A stretch of 64,000 nucleotides of DNA from an uncultured Chloroflexia bacterium (GCA_963763775.1 CAVXPZ010000001.1:1280001-1344000); one strand, 5' to 3'; positions 35,025 through 45,866 are shown, counted from the first letter of the stretch. The notes: generated by a model not told the origin, from the letters alone. Translations and numbers: made by a program.

Positions 35025-36033
35025 TCAGGCGGGCGGGGCGTCGAGCTCCGGCGACGCCTCCGGCTGCGAGCACCTCGGGCTGCGACGGCGCGGCGAGTCG
35101 AGCCGGGTCGTCGGTCGCGGCCGGATCCTCGGTCGCGTCGGACGCCTCGACGTCGTCGGGCGGCTCGACCGGCCGGCCGGCGGCGCCCCAGGTCGCACCC
35201 TCGGGGTGGGTCGGCGGGTCGTCGTCGGGATGTCCGGGCCGATGCCGCCAGGCCAGGATCAGCACCGCCGGGATCACGAACGCCACAGAGACGACCTGCG
35301 CCGTCGGGACGCCGAAGAACGTCCAGTTGTCGTGGCGGAACGTCTCGAGCAGGAACCGGACCAGCCCGTACCAGATGAAGAAGACGAGCAGCAGGTCGCC
35401 CGGGCGGAGACGCGGGCGGAGGTGATAGCCGATCCAGACGAGCACGAGCAGGCCGATCAGGCCGGACAGCGACTCGTACAGGAACAGCGGGTGGAAGCGC
35501 GTGGTCTCCAGCGGGAATGCCGCACACGGGTAGTCGGCGATGCGGTGGGCACAGTCGATCGGGATCCCCCACGGCACGGTCGTCGGCGACCCGTACAGCT
35601 CCTGGTTGAAGAAGTTGCCCCAGCGAGCGATCGCCTGCATCGTGAACAGGCCGGGCGCGATGATGTCCGCCCAGCGCAGGAAGGGCACGCGCTTGTACCG
35701 CGCGTACAGGTACGCGGCGATCACGCCGGTGACGATCCCGCCGTAGACGCCCAGACCCGAGTACGGCGGCAGGAAGATGCGTTCGATGTGGTCGCGGTAC
35801 AGCGCGTCCCACTGGTCGATGACGTGGTAGGCACGACCGCCGATCAGGGCCGCGACCGCGACGATGATCATCCCGTTGCCCAGGATCTCGACGTCCTCGC
35901 CGGCCCGTCGGGCGAGGCGCGACATGACGAGGTAGGCGGCCGCGAGGCCGACGGCGTAGCCGATCCCGTACCAGCCGATCGTCAGGGGGCCGAGCTGGAG
36001 GGCCGTCGCATTCGGCAGGAAGTCGGCAGGCAT
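35025..36033 (-). CDS. lgt: Prolipoprotein diacylglyceryl transferase; probable indel in the acidic tail
   Basis: WYG, GGRAYHV, ARWGNFFNQELYG, HPLFLYES and RFLLE. Confidence 0.9.
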
Positions 36034-36141
36034 CCGCGGAAGTGTAGCGGGCCACCCCGGGCGACGACGACGAGGGCCACGTGGTGGTCGGCTCGGTCGT
36101 CACCTGGGCCCCTGCGCGATGCATCCCTATACTCGTCCACG

Positions 36142-36525
36142 GTGAACGCCGAGTTCAATTGGTGGCTGCTCATCGTCGGGCTCGTCGTCGGAGCCGGGCT
36201 GGTCTGGTTCGTCGTGGCCGACTCGCGGCGCCGCGACGGCGAGATCGGCGCGGTCGAGCGCCCGCGCGAGGCCCTATGGCTCTCGGCCGTCCTCGCGGAG
36301 GAGGGCCGCGATGTCAGCCCATCGACCGCCGAACGGCTCCTCGAACTCCACCTGGCGTATCTCGACGCTCCGCCGCCGGACGAGCCGCGCGGCCCGGGCG
36401 CTCAGGAGCCTGAGACGAGCACCGGGTCCGCATCGATCGGCCCGCCGGGCACATCCACGAGCGAGACGCCGAACGTGGGCGCGCCGTCGAGTCCCGCGAC
36501 CGCCGGCGACGGCCCGACCCAGTAG
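36142..36525 (+). CDS. Hypothetical single-TM protein (3' end uncertain)
   Basis: TATACT 8 nt before GTG; N-terminal TM WWLLIVGLVVGAGLVWFVV; overlaps the anti-sigma gene end. Confidence 0.6.
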   Translation: MNAEFNWWLLIVGLVVGAGLVWFVVADSRRRDGEIGAVERPREALWLSAVLAEEGRDVSPSTAERLLELHLAYLDAPPPDEPRGPGAQEPETSTGSASIGPPGTSTSETPNVGAPSSPATAGDGPTQ

Positions 36526-37274
36526 GCGAGTCCGCCCCCGAAGAACATCTTCCCGACGCCCTGCCGCTGCCCGTCGACGATGACCCAGCAGCGGTATTCC
36601 TTGCCGGGACCCGGGTCCGTCAGCCCGGTCGCGACGACCACGAGGTCCGTCGTCGACGGCGAATACACGAGCGTGCCGCTGGTCGAACCGCCGGACGGGC
36701 TCTCGAGGCCGACCCGCGCGACATCCGGCTGGGACGTCACGTGGAGCGTCGCGGTGGTCACCGCCGCAAGGTCCTCGATCGCCTGATCCTGCGCGGCGAG
36801 ACGGTCGTCCACCCGGGCGCCGACGAGCACGGACGTGGCCACGACGGACAGGACCACGGCCGCCGCGACCGCCGCGATCCAGCCGAAGGCCGAGCGACGA
36901 CTGCCGCGCGAGGAGGCGGTCGTCGGCACGCCCGACCGGTCGATCGGGATCGGATCCGGCGCGGGCGCAGCGGGCGTGGTCGCGGCGAGCGTGGTCGCCC
37001 CGGGTGCCGCCGCCGCTCCGCGAGGGATGCCGCGCGCCCGCACGTACGCGAGCGTGCGATCACGGAGCTCCGGCGACGGCGCGTCGCCGACCACGGCGCG
37101 AACCGCGTCGCTGACGCGACGGAGCCGCTCCAGCTCGAGCGTGCACGACGGGCAGCCCGCGAGGTGCCCGGCGACCGCCATGGCCGTCGGGGTGTCGCCG
37201 GCCATCAGCCGATCCAGACCGCCGGGCTCTGCCGCGGCGATCTCCAGGGTCTCCAGGACCGTCTCGTGATCCAT
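36402..37274 (-). CDS. RskA-like anti-sigma factor (zf-HC2, TM, extracytoplasmic domain)
   Basis: HLAGCPSC (HxxxCxxC), one TM, GKEYRCW; AAGGAG RBS. Confidence 0.85.
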   Translation of the reverse strand: MDHETVLETLEIAAAEPGGLDRLMAGDTPTAMAVAGHLAGCPSCTLELERLRRVSDAVRAVVGDAPSPELRDRTLAYVRARGIPRGAAAAPGATTLAATTPAAPAPDPIPIDRSGVPTTASSRGSRRSAFGWIAAVAAAVVLSVVATSVLVGARVDDRLAAQDQAIEDLAAVTTATLHVTSQPDVARVGLESPSGGSTSGTLVYSPSTTDLVVVATGLTDPGPGKEYRCWVIVDGQRQGVGKMFFGGGLAYWVGPSPAVAGLDGAPTFGVSLVDVPGGPIDADPVLVSGS

Positions 37275-37281
37275 CGTCTCC

Positions 37282-37938
37282 TTACCCGTCCTCGCCGGTA
37301 CCGACCGGCTGGGCTGCATCCTGCTCGAGGGCCGCCCGCAGGTGGCGGAGCGCTCGGCGCGTTCGTGTCTTCACGGTCCCGAGCGGCCAACCCAGTCGCT
37401 CGGCGATCTCCGATTGGCTCAACTCTTCGCGGTAGGCCAGCACGATGACCATCCGCTCCTCGTCGGGCATCCCGTCGAGCGCCGCGCCGATGACCGCCCG
37501 TGTCTCCTTGGAGGCGTACGCCGGCTCGGGCGCCATGGGCATCTCGGCGCCCGCGACGATCGTGCCGGAGGCGGCGGCCCGTTCGAGCCGCTGCGTCTCC
37601 GAGACCTCCGGATCGCCACCCCCCGACGGCCCGACGACCTGCGGACGCCGGCCGGCGGCACGCAGTCGGTCCACGGTCCGGTTCCGCGCGATCGTGTGGA
37701 GCCACGCGGCGAGCGAGCCCATCGCCGGATCGAACGTCGTCGCCCGATCCCAGAGGGCAAGGAACGTGTCCTGGACCACCTCTTCGGCCACGCCTCGATC
37801 CGATGTCAGCCGGCGAGCCACCGCGAACACCGCGTCGGCATGCCGGTCATAGAGCATCGCCAGGGCGTCGTACGAGCCGCCCGCGACCTCGTGGACGAGG
37901 GCGGCATCGTCGGGACGACCTGGTCGGTCCTCAGTCAT
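37282..37938 (-). CDS. ECF sigma factor (SigK-like)
   Basis: AEEVVQDTF, WLHTIARNRTVD and SQSEIAERLGWPLGTVKTR. Confidence 0.92.
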   Translation of the reverse strand: MTEDRPGRPDDAALVHEVAGGSYDALAMLYDRHADAVFAVARRLTSDRGVAEEVVQDTFLALWDRATTFDPAMGSLAAWLHTIARNRTVDRLRAAGRRPQVVGPSGGGDPEVSETQRLERAAASGTIVAGAEMPMAPEPAYASKETRAVIGAALDGMPDEERMVIVLAYREELSQSEIAERLGWPLGTVKTRTRRALRHLRAALEQDAAQPVGTGEDG

Positions 37939-37941
37939 CGA

Positions 37942-37968
37942 TACGAGCCGGAGGTCGAACCGGTTTCA
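37942..37968 (-). promoter_or_regulatory. ECF-type promoter, candidate for autoregulation
   Basis: TGAAAC-N17-CGTA directly upstream of the sigma gene. Confidence 0.5.
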
Positions 37969-38439
37969 CTCACGGCTCTCCAGGTGCAGGGGCCGCCGCT
38001 CGAATCCGCTCGAGAGCACGACATCGGTCTCGGTCGTGAACACGTTCGGGGTCATCTGGAGCCGGACCAGCACCTCTTCGAGATGGCGCGTGTCGCGCGC
38101 GCGGATCTTCAGGAGGTAGTCGGCCTCGCCGGCGATGTGGTGGCACTCCTCGATCTCGGGGATGGTCGCGAAGGCGTCCGTGAGGTCCGCGCCGGCCGTC
38201 CCCGGCGCCTGCGTCAGCCAGGTGAACGCGAGGACGAGGTACCCGGCCGCGGTCGGGTCGACGGTCGCGGCGTAGCCGCGGATCACCCCGCGTGCTTCGA
38301 GCTTCTTCACGCGCTCGTGCGCCGACGGCCCGCTGATCCCGACATCCGCGCCCAGGTCCGCATACGGGCGACGGCCGTCGGTCTGCAGGCGCGTCAGGAG
38401 GCGGGCGTCGGTCTTGTCGATCTTCGGCCGATCAGGCAT
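37966..38439 (-). CDS. Lrp/AsnC transcriptional regulator
   Basis: D..LL..LQ.DGR...LG..VG.S......RVKKLE..GVI.GY, and AGEADYLLK. Confidence 0.92.
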   Translation of the reverse strand: MPDRPKIDKTDARLLTRLQTDGRRPYADLGADVGISGPSAHERVKKLEARGVIRGYAATVDPTAAGYLVLAFTWLTQAPGTAGADLTDAFATIPEIEECHHIAGEADYLLKIRARDTRHLEEVLVRLQMTPNVFTTETDVVLSSGFERRPLHLESRE

Positions 38440-38613
38440 CAGATGGCTCGTGCATCGGTGTACTCCCTATCTGTTAGGTGTACTCGCTTGCATGACGTGA
38501 TTTGTTAGGCTATTATCCGCATATCGGTTTGTTCCTCTTGGACGCCGGCCGACCGCCTCCGGCGGACGGGCCCTCGGGTCCGCGGTGTCCGATGCAGCGA
38601 AGGGAGTCTCTCG

Positions 38614-38757
38614 ATGATCCTCGCGATCGTCATCGGCCTCCTGGCGCTGTTCTCGCTGATCAGCTACCTGCTGGGCACCGACGAACCCCGCCAGTCGAGT
38701 GCCGAGCACGGCCAGGGCCACGACGCCACGTACCTCATGCGGTTCAGCCGTCGCTAA
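38614..38757 (+). CDS. Small membrane protein (47 aa), not in the ORF track
   Basis: AAGGGAG RBS; MILAIVIGLLALFSLISYLLGTDEPR...; GC3-rich codons. Confidence 0.65.
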   Translation: MILAIVIGLLALFSLISYLLGTDEPRQSSAEHGQGHDATYLMRFSRR

Positions 38758-38831
38758 CCGGCCGCGCCGCGCTCGATAGCCTACCGCCAACGAGGTCCCG
38801 TCCCACGGGGCCTCGTTCGATTCCCGGGCCG

Positions 38832-39155
38832 TCACCAATCGCCGGCCACGCGATGGACGAGGGCCTCGAGCGTGCCGGCCGGCGCATGCGCCTCCAGGCA
38901 GGTCACACCGCCGTCGCCGACGAGCGCGTCGTGGCTGGTCCCGGCCGGAAGGTCGAGCCGGTCGCCGACCGCGAGGTCGACGGCGGACCCGTCGTCGGGC
39001 AGCCCGAACCGGATCGAACCCGCCGTCACGACGAGGACCTTGTCGTACGGGTGCTCGTGGGCGCGGTACTGGTCTCCTGGAGCGTTCGACCACGGCGACG
39101 GGCGCCAGCCCTCGGCCCACAGGCGCTCGGTGAGCCGCGCGTCCTCGCGTGACAT
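38832..39155 (-). CDS. Cupin-domain protein
   Basis: HEHPYDK...GSI.F...L..GD.L.LPAGT.H. Confidence 0.8.
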   Translation of the reverse strand: MSREDARLTERLWAEGWRPSPWSNAPGDQYRAHEHPYDKVLVVTAGSIRFGLPDDGSAVDLAVGDRLDLPAGTSHDALVGDGGVTCLEAHAPAGTLEALVHRVAGDW

Positions 39156-39166
39156 GGCCCCCTCCC

Positions 39167-40339
39167 CTAGCCGGCCGTCGAGACGCCGATGATCGATCCG
39201 ATCGCATACGTGACGATCGCCGCGGCCAGGCCGATCAGCAACTGGCGGGCGCCCGAGAAGATCATGCCGCGACCGGTCAGCAGGCTCACCGCGGCACCGA
39301 CGGCGAACAGCGCGACCAGGCTGATCCCGAGGCTCACCGCGATCGCGGCCGTGCCGCTCAGGATCAGGAACGGGATGACCGGCACGGCCGCCCCGACCGC
39401 GAAGGCGAGGAACGAGCCCCCGGCCGCCTTGAGCGGCGAGCCCAGCTCGTCGGGGTCGAGGCCGAGCTCCTCGCGCACGAGCGTGTCGAGCGCCGTCTTC
39501 GGGTCCGCGAAGATCCGGTGCGCGATCCTGGCCGCCTCGTCCGGCGCGAATCCCTTGGCCCGGTAGGCGGCGGCCAATTCGGCCTCTTCCTCCTCGGGCA
39601 TGGCCTCCATCTCGGCGCGTTCGAGCGCGATCTGCCGCTCGAACAGCTCACGCTGGCTCTGCATCGAGATGTACTCGCCCGCCGCCATGCTGAACGCGCC
39701 AGCGAGCAGCCCGGCGATGCCGGCCAGCAGGATGAAGCTCGGGTTGTCCGCGGACGCGCCCGCGACGCCCATGACGAGCGAGAGATTGCTCACGAGCCCG
39801 TCCGAGACGCCGAAGATCATCGCCCGGAGCGTGCCGGAGCGTCCGCCGGTCCGGTGCCATCGCTCGCGCTCGCCGATCTCGGATGCGGACGTCGCCGCGC
39901 GCGCGACCGCGACGCCGTCGCGCGTCGGGTCGACCGCCGGTCCCGTGGACAGGCGGTCCCAGATCTGCGCGTGCTCCCGCTCATCGGCGGCGATCGCCGC
40001 GACCTCCGGCGAGACGCCCTGCGCGTCGTAGGCGGCCTCCTCGTCCCCTTCGAGAGCCTTCACGAGGTCGGCCACGGCCTTCGTGCCGAAGACCCGGGCC
40101 ACGAGCACGATGAACCGCACCCGGAGCCGCGGCCGTCCCGCCGGCGGGACGGTCACCCCGAGCTCGGTCAGCTTGCCCGCCCAGACGTCGGCGTGGCGGC
40201 GCTCGTTGGACGCGATCCGCTGGAACGCGGAGGCCCGGTTCGGATCGTGCTCGATGTCGGCGAGCGCGTCGTACAGCACGATCGCATCGCGTTCGAGCTT
40301 GAGGTTGTCGAGGCTCGTCTGGACGTCGATGGGGGCCAT
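39167..40339 (-). CDS. Ferritin/rubrerythrin-like domain fused to a VIT1/CCC1 transporter
   Basis: Two ExxH motifs (ERRH, EREH); FGVSDGLVS and SMAAGEYIS. Confidence 0.88.
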   Translation of the reverse strand: MAPIDVQTSLDNLKLERDAIVLYDALADIEHDPNRASAFQRIASNERRHADVWAGKLTELGVTVPPAGRPRLRVRFIVLVARVFGTKAVADLVKALEGDEEAAYDAQGVSPEVAAIAADEREHAQIWDRLSTGPAVDPTRDGVAVARAATSASEIGERERWHRTGGRSGTLRAMIFGVSDGLVSNLSLVMGVAGASADNPSFILLAGIAGLLAGAFSMAAGEYISMQSQRELFERQIALERAEMEAMPEEEEAELAAAYRAKGFAPDEAARIAHRIFADPKTALDTLVREELGLDPDELGSPLKAAGGSFLAFAVGAAVPVIPFLILSGTAAIAVSLGISLVALFAVGAAVSLLTGRGMIFSGARQLLIGLAAAIVTYAIGSIIGVSTAG

Positions 40340-40380
40340 CCGCTCGATGGTAGCCGACCTCGCCGCTAGACTGACCCGGC

Positions 40381-41394
40381 ATGCCGACCTGGAGCCCAGC
40401 CCCCCTGCGATACCTCTCGGCGGCCGACGTCCGCGCGGCGATGCCGCCCCTCGAGGACCGGCTCGAACTGGCCGGACGGACCATGACCGCGCTCGTCGCG
40501 GACGCGGAACTACCACCGAAGATCGGCGTCCACCCACGGCCCGACGGCTCGTTCGCCCACGCGATGCCGGCCCTCCTGCGCGGACTCGACCCGGACGGGG
40601 GCGACGACCGCCTCGGGATCAAGTGGGTGACCGGGTTCGGCGCCCGGAACACGGCGCGTGGGATCCCGGCGATCAGCGCGATCGTGGTGCTCTCGGATGC
40701 GACGACCGGCGTCCCGATCGCCATCCTCGATGGCGGCCCGATCACCGCGGAGCGCACCGCCGCGGTCTCGGGCGTCGCCATCGCCCGGTACGCGCCGCGC
40801 GTCGTCGGACGAGCACCGCGGGCCGCGATCATCGGGGCGGGCGTGCAGGCGCACAGCCATCTGCCCGTCCTGGGGCACCTCCTGCCCGGCGTCGAGCTCG
40901 CGATCCACGGCCGTGATCCCGGACGGGCCGCGGTCCTCGCCGAGGCCGCCGCCGCGACGGCGGGCATCGCGAGCGTCCGGGTCTGCGCCGATGTCCTCGA
41001 CGCGACCCGCGACGCGGACGTCGTCGTCAGTGCGGCGTCGTTCACCTCGCCCGAGCGCCGACAGCGCCTGCACGCCGAGGCATTCGCCCCGCAGTCGCTG
41101 GTCGTGCCGGTCGACTACGCGACCATGGTGGCGGCCGACGTCGCCGCCACGGCCGCGCTGTTCCTGGTGGACGATCGCGGCCAGTACCTCGCCAACCGGG
41201 CCGCCGGGCAGTTCGACGGCTACCCGGAACCCGGCGCGACGATCGGGGAGGCGATGCTCGCCGGGACCGAACGGCCGGCCGCGGGCCGCGTCGTCGTCAC
41301 GCACCTGGGCGTCGGACTCGCAGACGTCGTGTTCGGTGAGGCGATCCTGCGGCGGGCGATCGAGCTCGGCCTCGGGACGGCGCTGCCGGGCTGA
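40381..41394 (+). CDS. Ornithine cyclodeaminase / mu-crystallin family protein
   Basis: HAMPA, GIKWV, ITAERTAA, IIGAGVQA and G.GLAD. Confidence 0.85.
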   Translation: MPTWSPAPLRYLSAADVRAAMPPLEDRLELAGRTMTALVADAELPPKIGVHPRPDGSFAHAMPALLRGLDPDGGDDRLGIKWVTGFGARNTARGIPAISAIVVLSDATTGVPIAILDGGPITAERTAAVSGVAIARYAPRVVGRAPRAAIIGAGVQAHSHLPVLGHLLPGVELAIHGRDPGRAAVLAEAAAATAGIASVRVCADVLDATRDADVVVSAASFTSPERRQRLHAEAFAPQSLVVPVDYATMVAADVAATAALFLVDDRGQYLANRAAGQFDGYPEPGATIGEAMLAGTERPAAGRVVVTHLGVGLADVVFGEAILRRAIELGLGTALPG

Positions 41395-41460
41395 CGCCGA
41401 CGCTGCGACCCGAGTCGCGGCAGACTACACAGGCATCAGGCCATCCGTCGGGGAGGATCC

Positions 41461-44071
41461 GTGCGCCTCGTCATCCGCGTCGTCGCGCTCGTCCTCATCG
41501 TGCTGCTCGTCATCGGGATCGCCGGCGCGGGGCTCCTGACCTGGGTCACGAACCGCGCCCTGCCGCAGACGAGCGGGAACCTCGCCGTGCCAGGCCTCGC
41601 GGCGCCGGCCACGGTGGCCCGCGACGCGAACGGCATCGCGCAGATCACCGCCGACACCCCGCACGACCTCTTCATGGCCCAGGGCTACGTCCACGCCCAG
41701 GAACGCATGTGGCAGATGGAGGTCTGGCGACACATCTCCGCGGGCCGACTGAGCGAGATGTTCGGGGCCAGCCAACTCGACACGGACCGGTTCATCCGGA
41801 CCCTCGGCTGGCGCCAGGCCGCCGCGCAGGACCTCGCGGCGTTCAGCCCGGCCACGATCGCGATCCTCGACGCGTACACGGCCGGCGTGAATGCCTGGCT
41901 CGACGCGCACCGTGGGTCCCTCGGGCTCGCCTTCCTCGCCTCTGGGACGACACCCGAGCCGTGGACGAACCTCGACACGGTCGCCTGGGTCAAGGTCCAG
42001 GCGTGGGACCTCGGCCACGACCTCGACTCGGAGGTGTTCCGGTACCTCGCCGACGCCAAGCTCGGCGACCCGGCCCGGACCGACGCCCTCTTCCCGCCCT
42101 ATCCCGAAGGCGCGCCGGTCATCACGCCGAGCGGCCTGCCCGGGAGTGGCGGCGCCGGCGCCGACCGAGCACCCGTCGCATCCGTCGATCGGGCTCCCGT
42201 GACCGCGCGTCGAGCGGCGCCGACCGACGCGCGAGATCGCCGGCCTGCGACACGTGGCCGCGCTGGGCCGCGACCTGCTCCGGCTCGGCGGCGTCGGCAC
42301 CGATGGCCCGCTGGCGGGGACCAGCGGGGTCGGCTCGAACAACTGGGTCGTCGGCCCGGCCATGTCGGCGACGGGCGGCGCCCTCCTCGCGAACGACCCG
42401 CATCTCGGGGTCTCGATGCCGTCGATCTGGATCATCAACGGGCTCCACTGCCGGGTCGTCAGCGACGCGTGCCCGTACGACGTGGCCGGGGTCAGCTTTC
42501 CCGGCGCGCCCGGCATCGTCCTGGGGCACGACGCCCGCGCCGCCTGGGGCGCCACGAACATCTACGCGGACGTCCAGGACCTGGTCGTCGAGACCGTCGA
42601 TCCCGCGAACCCGGCGGCGTACCTCACCCCGAAGGGCTCGGTCCCGTTCACGATCCGGCACGAGGAGATCGCCGTGAAGGGCGCGACGCCGGTCGCCCTG
42701 GACGTCCGGGAGACGGCGCACGGGCCGATCATCACGGACGTCGACACGCGGCTCGCCGGAGCCCCGCCGATGGCGCTCCGCTGGACGGCGCTGCAGGGGC
42801 CGGATCACACGCTCGAGGCGATCCTCGCCCTGTCGACGATCAAGGACTTCGACGACTTCCGGGCGGCGCTCTCGCTCTACGGCGCGCCGGCGCAGAACTT
42901 CGTGTATGCCGACGTCGACGGGCACATCGGCTACCAGTACCCGGGCGCGATGCCGATCCGCGGCGATGCCGCCGATACGGGTCTGCGACCCGTGGACGGC
43001 GCGGACGGCCACCACGAGTGGGTCGGCCGCATCCCGTATGACGACCTGCCCCGGCAGCTCGACCCCGAGCCCGGCTGGATCGTGACCGCGAACAACGCCC
43101 CCGTGGACGCGAACTACCCCGATGCGCTCGGGTCGGAGTGGGACCCCGGGTATCGCGCCCAGCGGATCATCGACCTGCTGAACCAGTACGGCCAGGACGG
43201 CGTCACGGTCGACGAGCTCGGGGCGATCCAGACCGACAGCGCGCCGGACCGGGCGCGGGACGTCGGGTTCGCCCTCAGCGACATGACGGACCCGGGCACC
43301 GGGGGCGTCGCCCCGGCGAGTGCGGACGGCGCCCTCATCCGCCAGCGGATCGACGAGTGGGACGGGGCCTGCGACACCGAGAGCCTCGGGTGCGCCGCCT
43401 ACATGAGCTGGGAGTACCGCGTCCTGCGTGACATCTTCGACGACGACCTCGGGACCGTGGCGCGCGATTACGTGGGCAGCGGCGCTTCCTGGGTGATGCT
43501 CGCGGACCTGCTCGGGGACCCGACGTCGCCGTGGTGGGACGACACCGCCACGCCCGGCGTCGTCGAGACGGCCGATCAGATCGTGGCGCGAGCGATGGAC
43601 GAGGCCGGCGCCGAACTCCGGACGGCTCTCGGGTCGCCGGACACCTGGACGTGGGGGCGACTCCATCCGGTGAGCTTCCGGGAGCCGACGCTCGGGTCGA
43701 GCGGCATCGCGCCGCTGGAGGCGTACTTCGACAAGGGGCCCTACCCGGTCGCCGGGGCCGACGGAGCACCGGACGCCACCTCCTGGAACGCCTCGAGTGC
43801 GTACCCGGACCCGACGGACCCCTCCTACGTGCCGGCCGGCATCGGCGGCGTGTTCGACGTGACCGACCTGCCGAGCTACCGACTCGCCATCGACATGCAC
43901 GACCTCGACGGCGCTCGGATCATCATCACGACCGGCCAGTCCGGGAACCCGGGCGACGCGCACTATGGGGACATGATCGAGGCTTGGCGGACCGGCGGGA
44001 CCGTGCCGCTGCCGTTCACGCCCGCGGCGATCTCGGCGTCGGCGGTGTCCACGCTCACGCTCACCCCGTGA
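41461..44071 (+). CDS. Penicillin acylase-family Ntn hydrolase; apparent frameshift near 42230
   Basis: N-terminal anchor, AQGYVHAQER, GSNNW (nucleophile Ser), ANDPHL and GQSG.P. Confidence 0.88.
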
Positions 44072-45270
44072 CGCATCCGTCGGCGTCGACCCACGTCGCC
44101 GTCATCGGCGCCGGGACGATGGGCGCCTGGACGGCGCTCGCGGCGCGGCGCGCCGGGACCGCCGCCACGCTCATCGATGCCTTCGGCGCCGGGAACCCCC
44201 GATCCACCTCCGGTGACGAGAGCCGCATCCTCCGGAGCGCCCATGGCGACGACCGCCTGTACCCGGCGTGGTCGCGCCGCGCCCGGGAGGCCTGGCTCGC
44301 CTTCGACGAGGAGGTCGGGGAGACGTTCCTCCTGCCGACGGGCGCGCTGTGGCTCGCCCACCGCGACGGGGGCTTCGAGGCGGCGTCGGAGGCCGCGATG
44401 CGCTCGTTGGGGATCCCCGTGGAGCGCCTCATGCCAGCGGAGGCGGCCGAGCGATGGCCGGCGATGGTCACCGACGACCTCGCGTTCGTCGTCCATGAGC
44501 CCGAAGCCGGCCTGCTGCTCGCCCGGCAGGCCATCGCCGCGGTGGCGAGGCGGTTCGCCGACCTCGGCGGCCGCCGGGAGCTCGCGTGGGCCGTGCCGGG
44601 TCGGGTCGAGGGTCGTCGACTGCTGGACGTGGCCCTCGGGGACGGTGGTCGCATCCCGGCCGACGAGTTCGTGTTCGCCGCCGGACCCTGGCTCCCGCGG
44701 CTCTTCCCGGGCCTGCTCGGCGACCGCATCCGCGTGACGAAGCAGGACGTCGTCTTCGTCGGTCCCGACGCCGGCGACGGCCGGTTCGGGCCGGACCGTC
44801 TGCCGTGCTGGGTGGACTACGACGCCGCGTTCTATGGTCTGCCGGCGATCGAGGGTGGCGGCATGAAGCTCGCGCCCGACCGGTACGGGCCCGTCTTCGA
44901 CCCGTCCCATGGCGAGCGGATCGTCGACCCGGAGTCGGTGCGACTGGCGCGGCGGTACCTGGCGAGGCGGTTCCCCGCGATCGCGGACGGGCCGATCATC
45001 CAGACGCGCGTCTGCCAGTACGAGACCACCCCGGACACGCACTTCATCCTCGACCGGCATCCGGACTTCGACAACGTGTGGATCGCGGGCGGTGGTTCCG
45101 GCCACGGGTTCAAGCACGGGCCCGTCATCGGCGAGTACCTGCTCGCCCGGATGGCCGGGGCGGCCCCGACCGATGACGAGGCCCGGTTCGGGCTCGGTCA
45201 CGAGCGGATCTCGAAGCCGAACATGCGGACCGGAGCCGACGGCATGGTCGAGGGCTGGTCGGACTGGTAG
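44068..45270 (+). CDS. Monomeric sarcosine oxidase/SolA-family FAD oxidoreductase
   Basis: VIGAGTMG, SGDESRILR, CQYE.TPD and GSGHGFK; GTGA overlap with the acylase gene. Confidence 0.85.
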   Translation: MTHPSASTHVAVIGAGTMGAWTALAARRAGTAATLIDAFGAGNPRSTSGDESRILRSAHGDDRLYPAWSRRAREAWLAFDEEVGETFLLPTGALWLAHRDGGFEAASEAAMRSLGIPVERLMPAEAAERWPAMVTDDLAFVVHEPEAGLLLARQAIAAVARRFADLGGRRELAWAVPGRVEGRRLLDVALGDGGRIPADEFVFAAGPWLPRLFPGLLGDRIRVTKQDVVFVGPDAGDGRFGPDRLPCWVDYDAAFYGLPAIEGGGMKLAPDRYGPVFDPSHGERIVDPESVRLARRYLARRFPAIADGPIIQTRVCQYETTPDTHFILDRHPDFDNVWIAGGGSGHGFKHGPVIGEYLLARMAGAAPTDDEARFGLGHERISKPNMRTGADGMVEGWSDW

Positions 45271-45327
45271 GCGACCGTGCCTCGGTGGCGCGGTCCCAGC
45301 CGCGCGGCCCGGGCCGCGACGGCTTGT

Positions 45328-45866
45328 TCAGACTGGCGCGGCGACTCGCATGGGGGCCGGCGTCCGTACCTCGACCTCGGGGAAGCTGACGGCCTCGTCG
45401 GCGGTGGGGACGATCCACTCGACCAGGCTGCGGTTCACGATCGCGGTGCCGACGTCGCGCGCCACGATGCTGCCCGCGAGGGTGTAGGCGATCGTCGCGT
45501 TCGTGAGCGGCACCATCGGCTCGCGCTTGCGGACGCTGTCCTCGGGTCGACCCCCGGCGGCAGATGGCGCTGGCCGAGGATCCGATAGGGGCCGACCTGC
45601 AGCTCCATCCGGGCGATGGCGAGGTCCACGCGCTGTTCGACCGCGCCACGGGGACCGGTGCCGACCACGACGAGGAGGTCACTGCGCTCGAGGGACACGG
45701 AGTCGACCTCGACGAGGTGGCCGTCGTCGAGGCTCTCGAACGTGACGGTGTGCAGCAGGAACCGCGCCTGTCCGTTGAGGAAGTCGGTCAGGCGGTCGCC
45801 GAACATCGTGACCTTGGCCGAGATGGTGCAGTCCTCGCCGAACGCGAGGAAGTCGACGCCTTGCAT
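45328..45866 (-). CDS. Hypothetical protein; apparent frameshift near 45545
   Basis: Codon-biased ORF MQGVDFLAFGEDC...RLTDFLN, continuing as REPMVPLTNATI in the adjacent frame. Confidence 0.55.

Noticed and set aside
34642-36033. Lgt with a long C-terminal extension overlapping plsC
   Set aside because: The extension is low-complexity off-frame sequence. One indel restores a stop at 35025, just before the plsC ATG.
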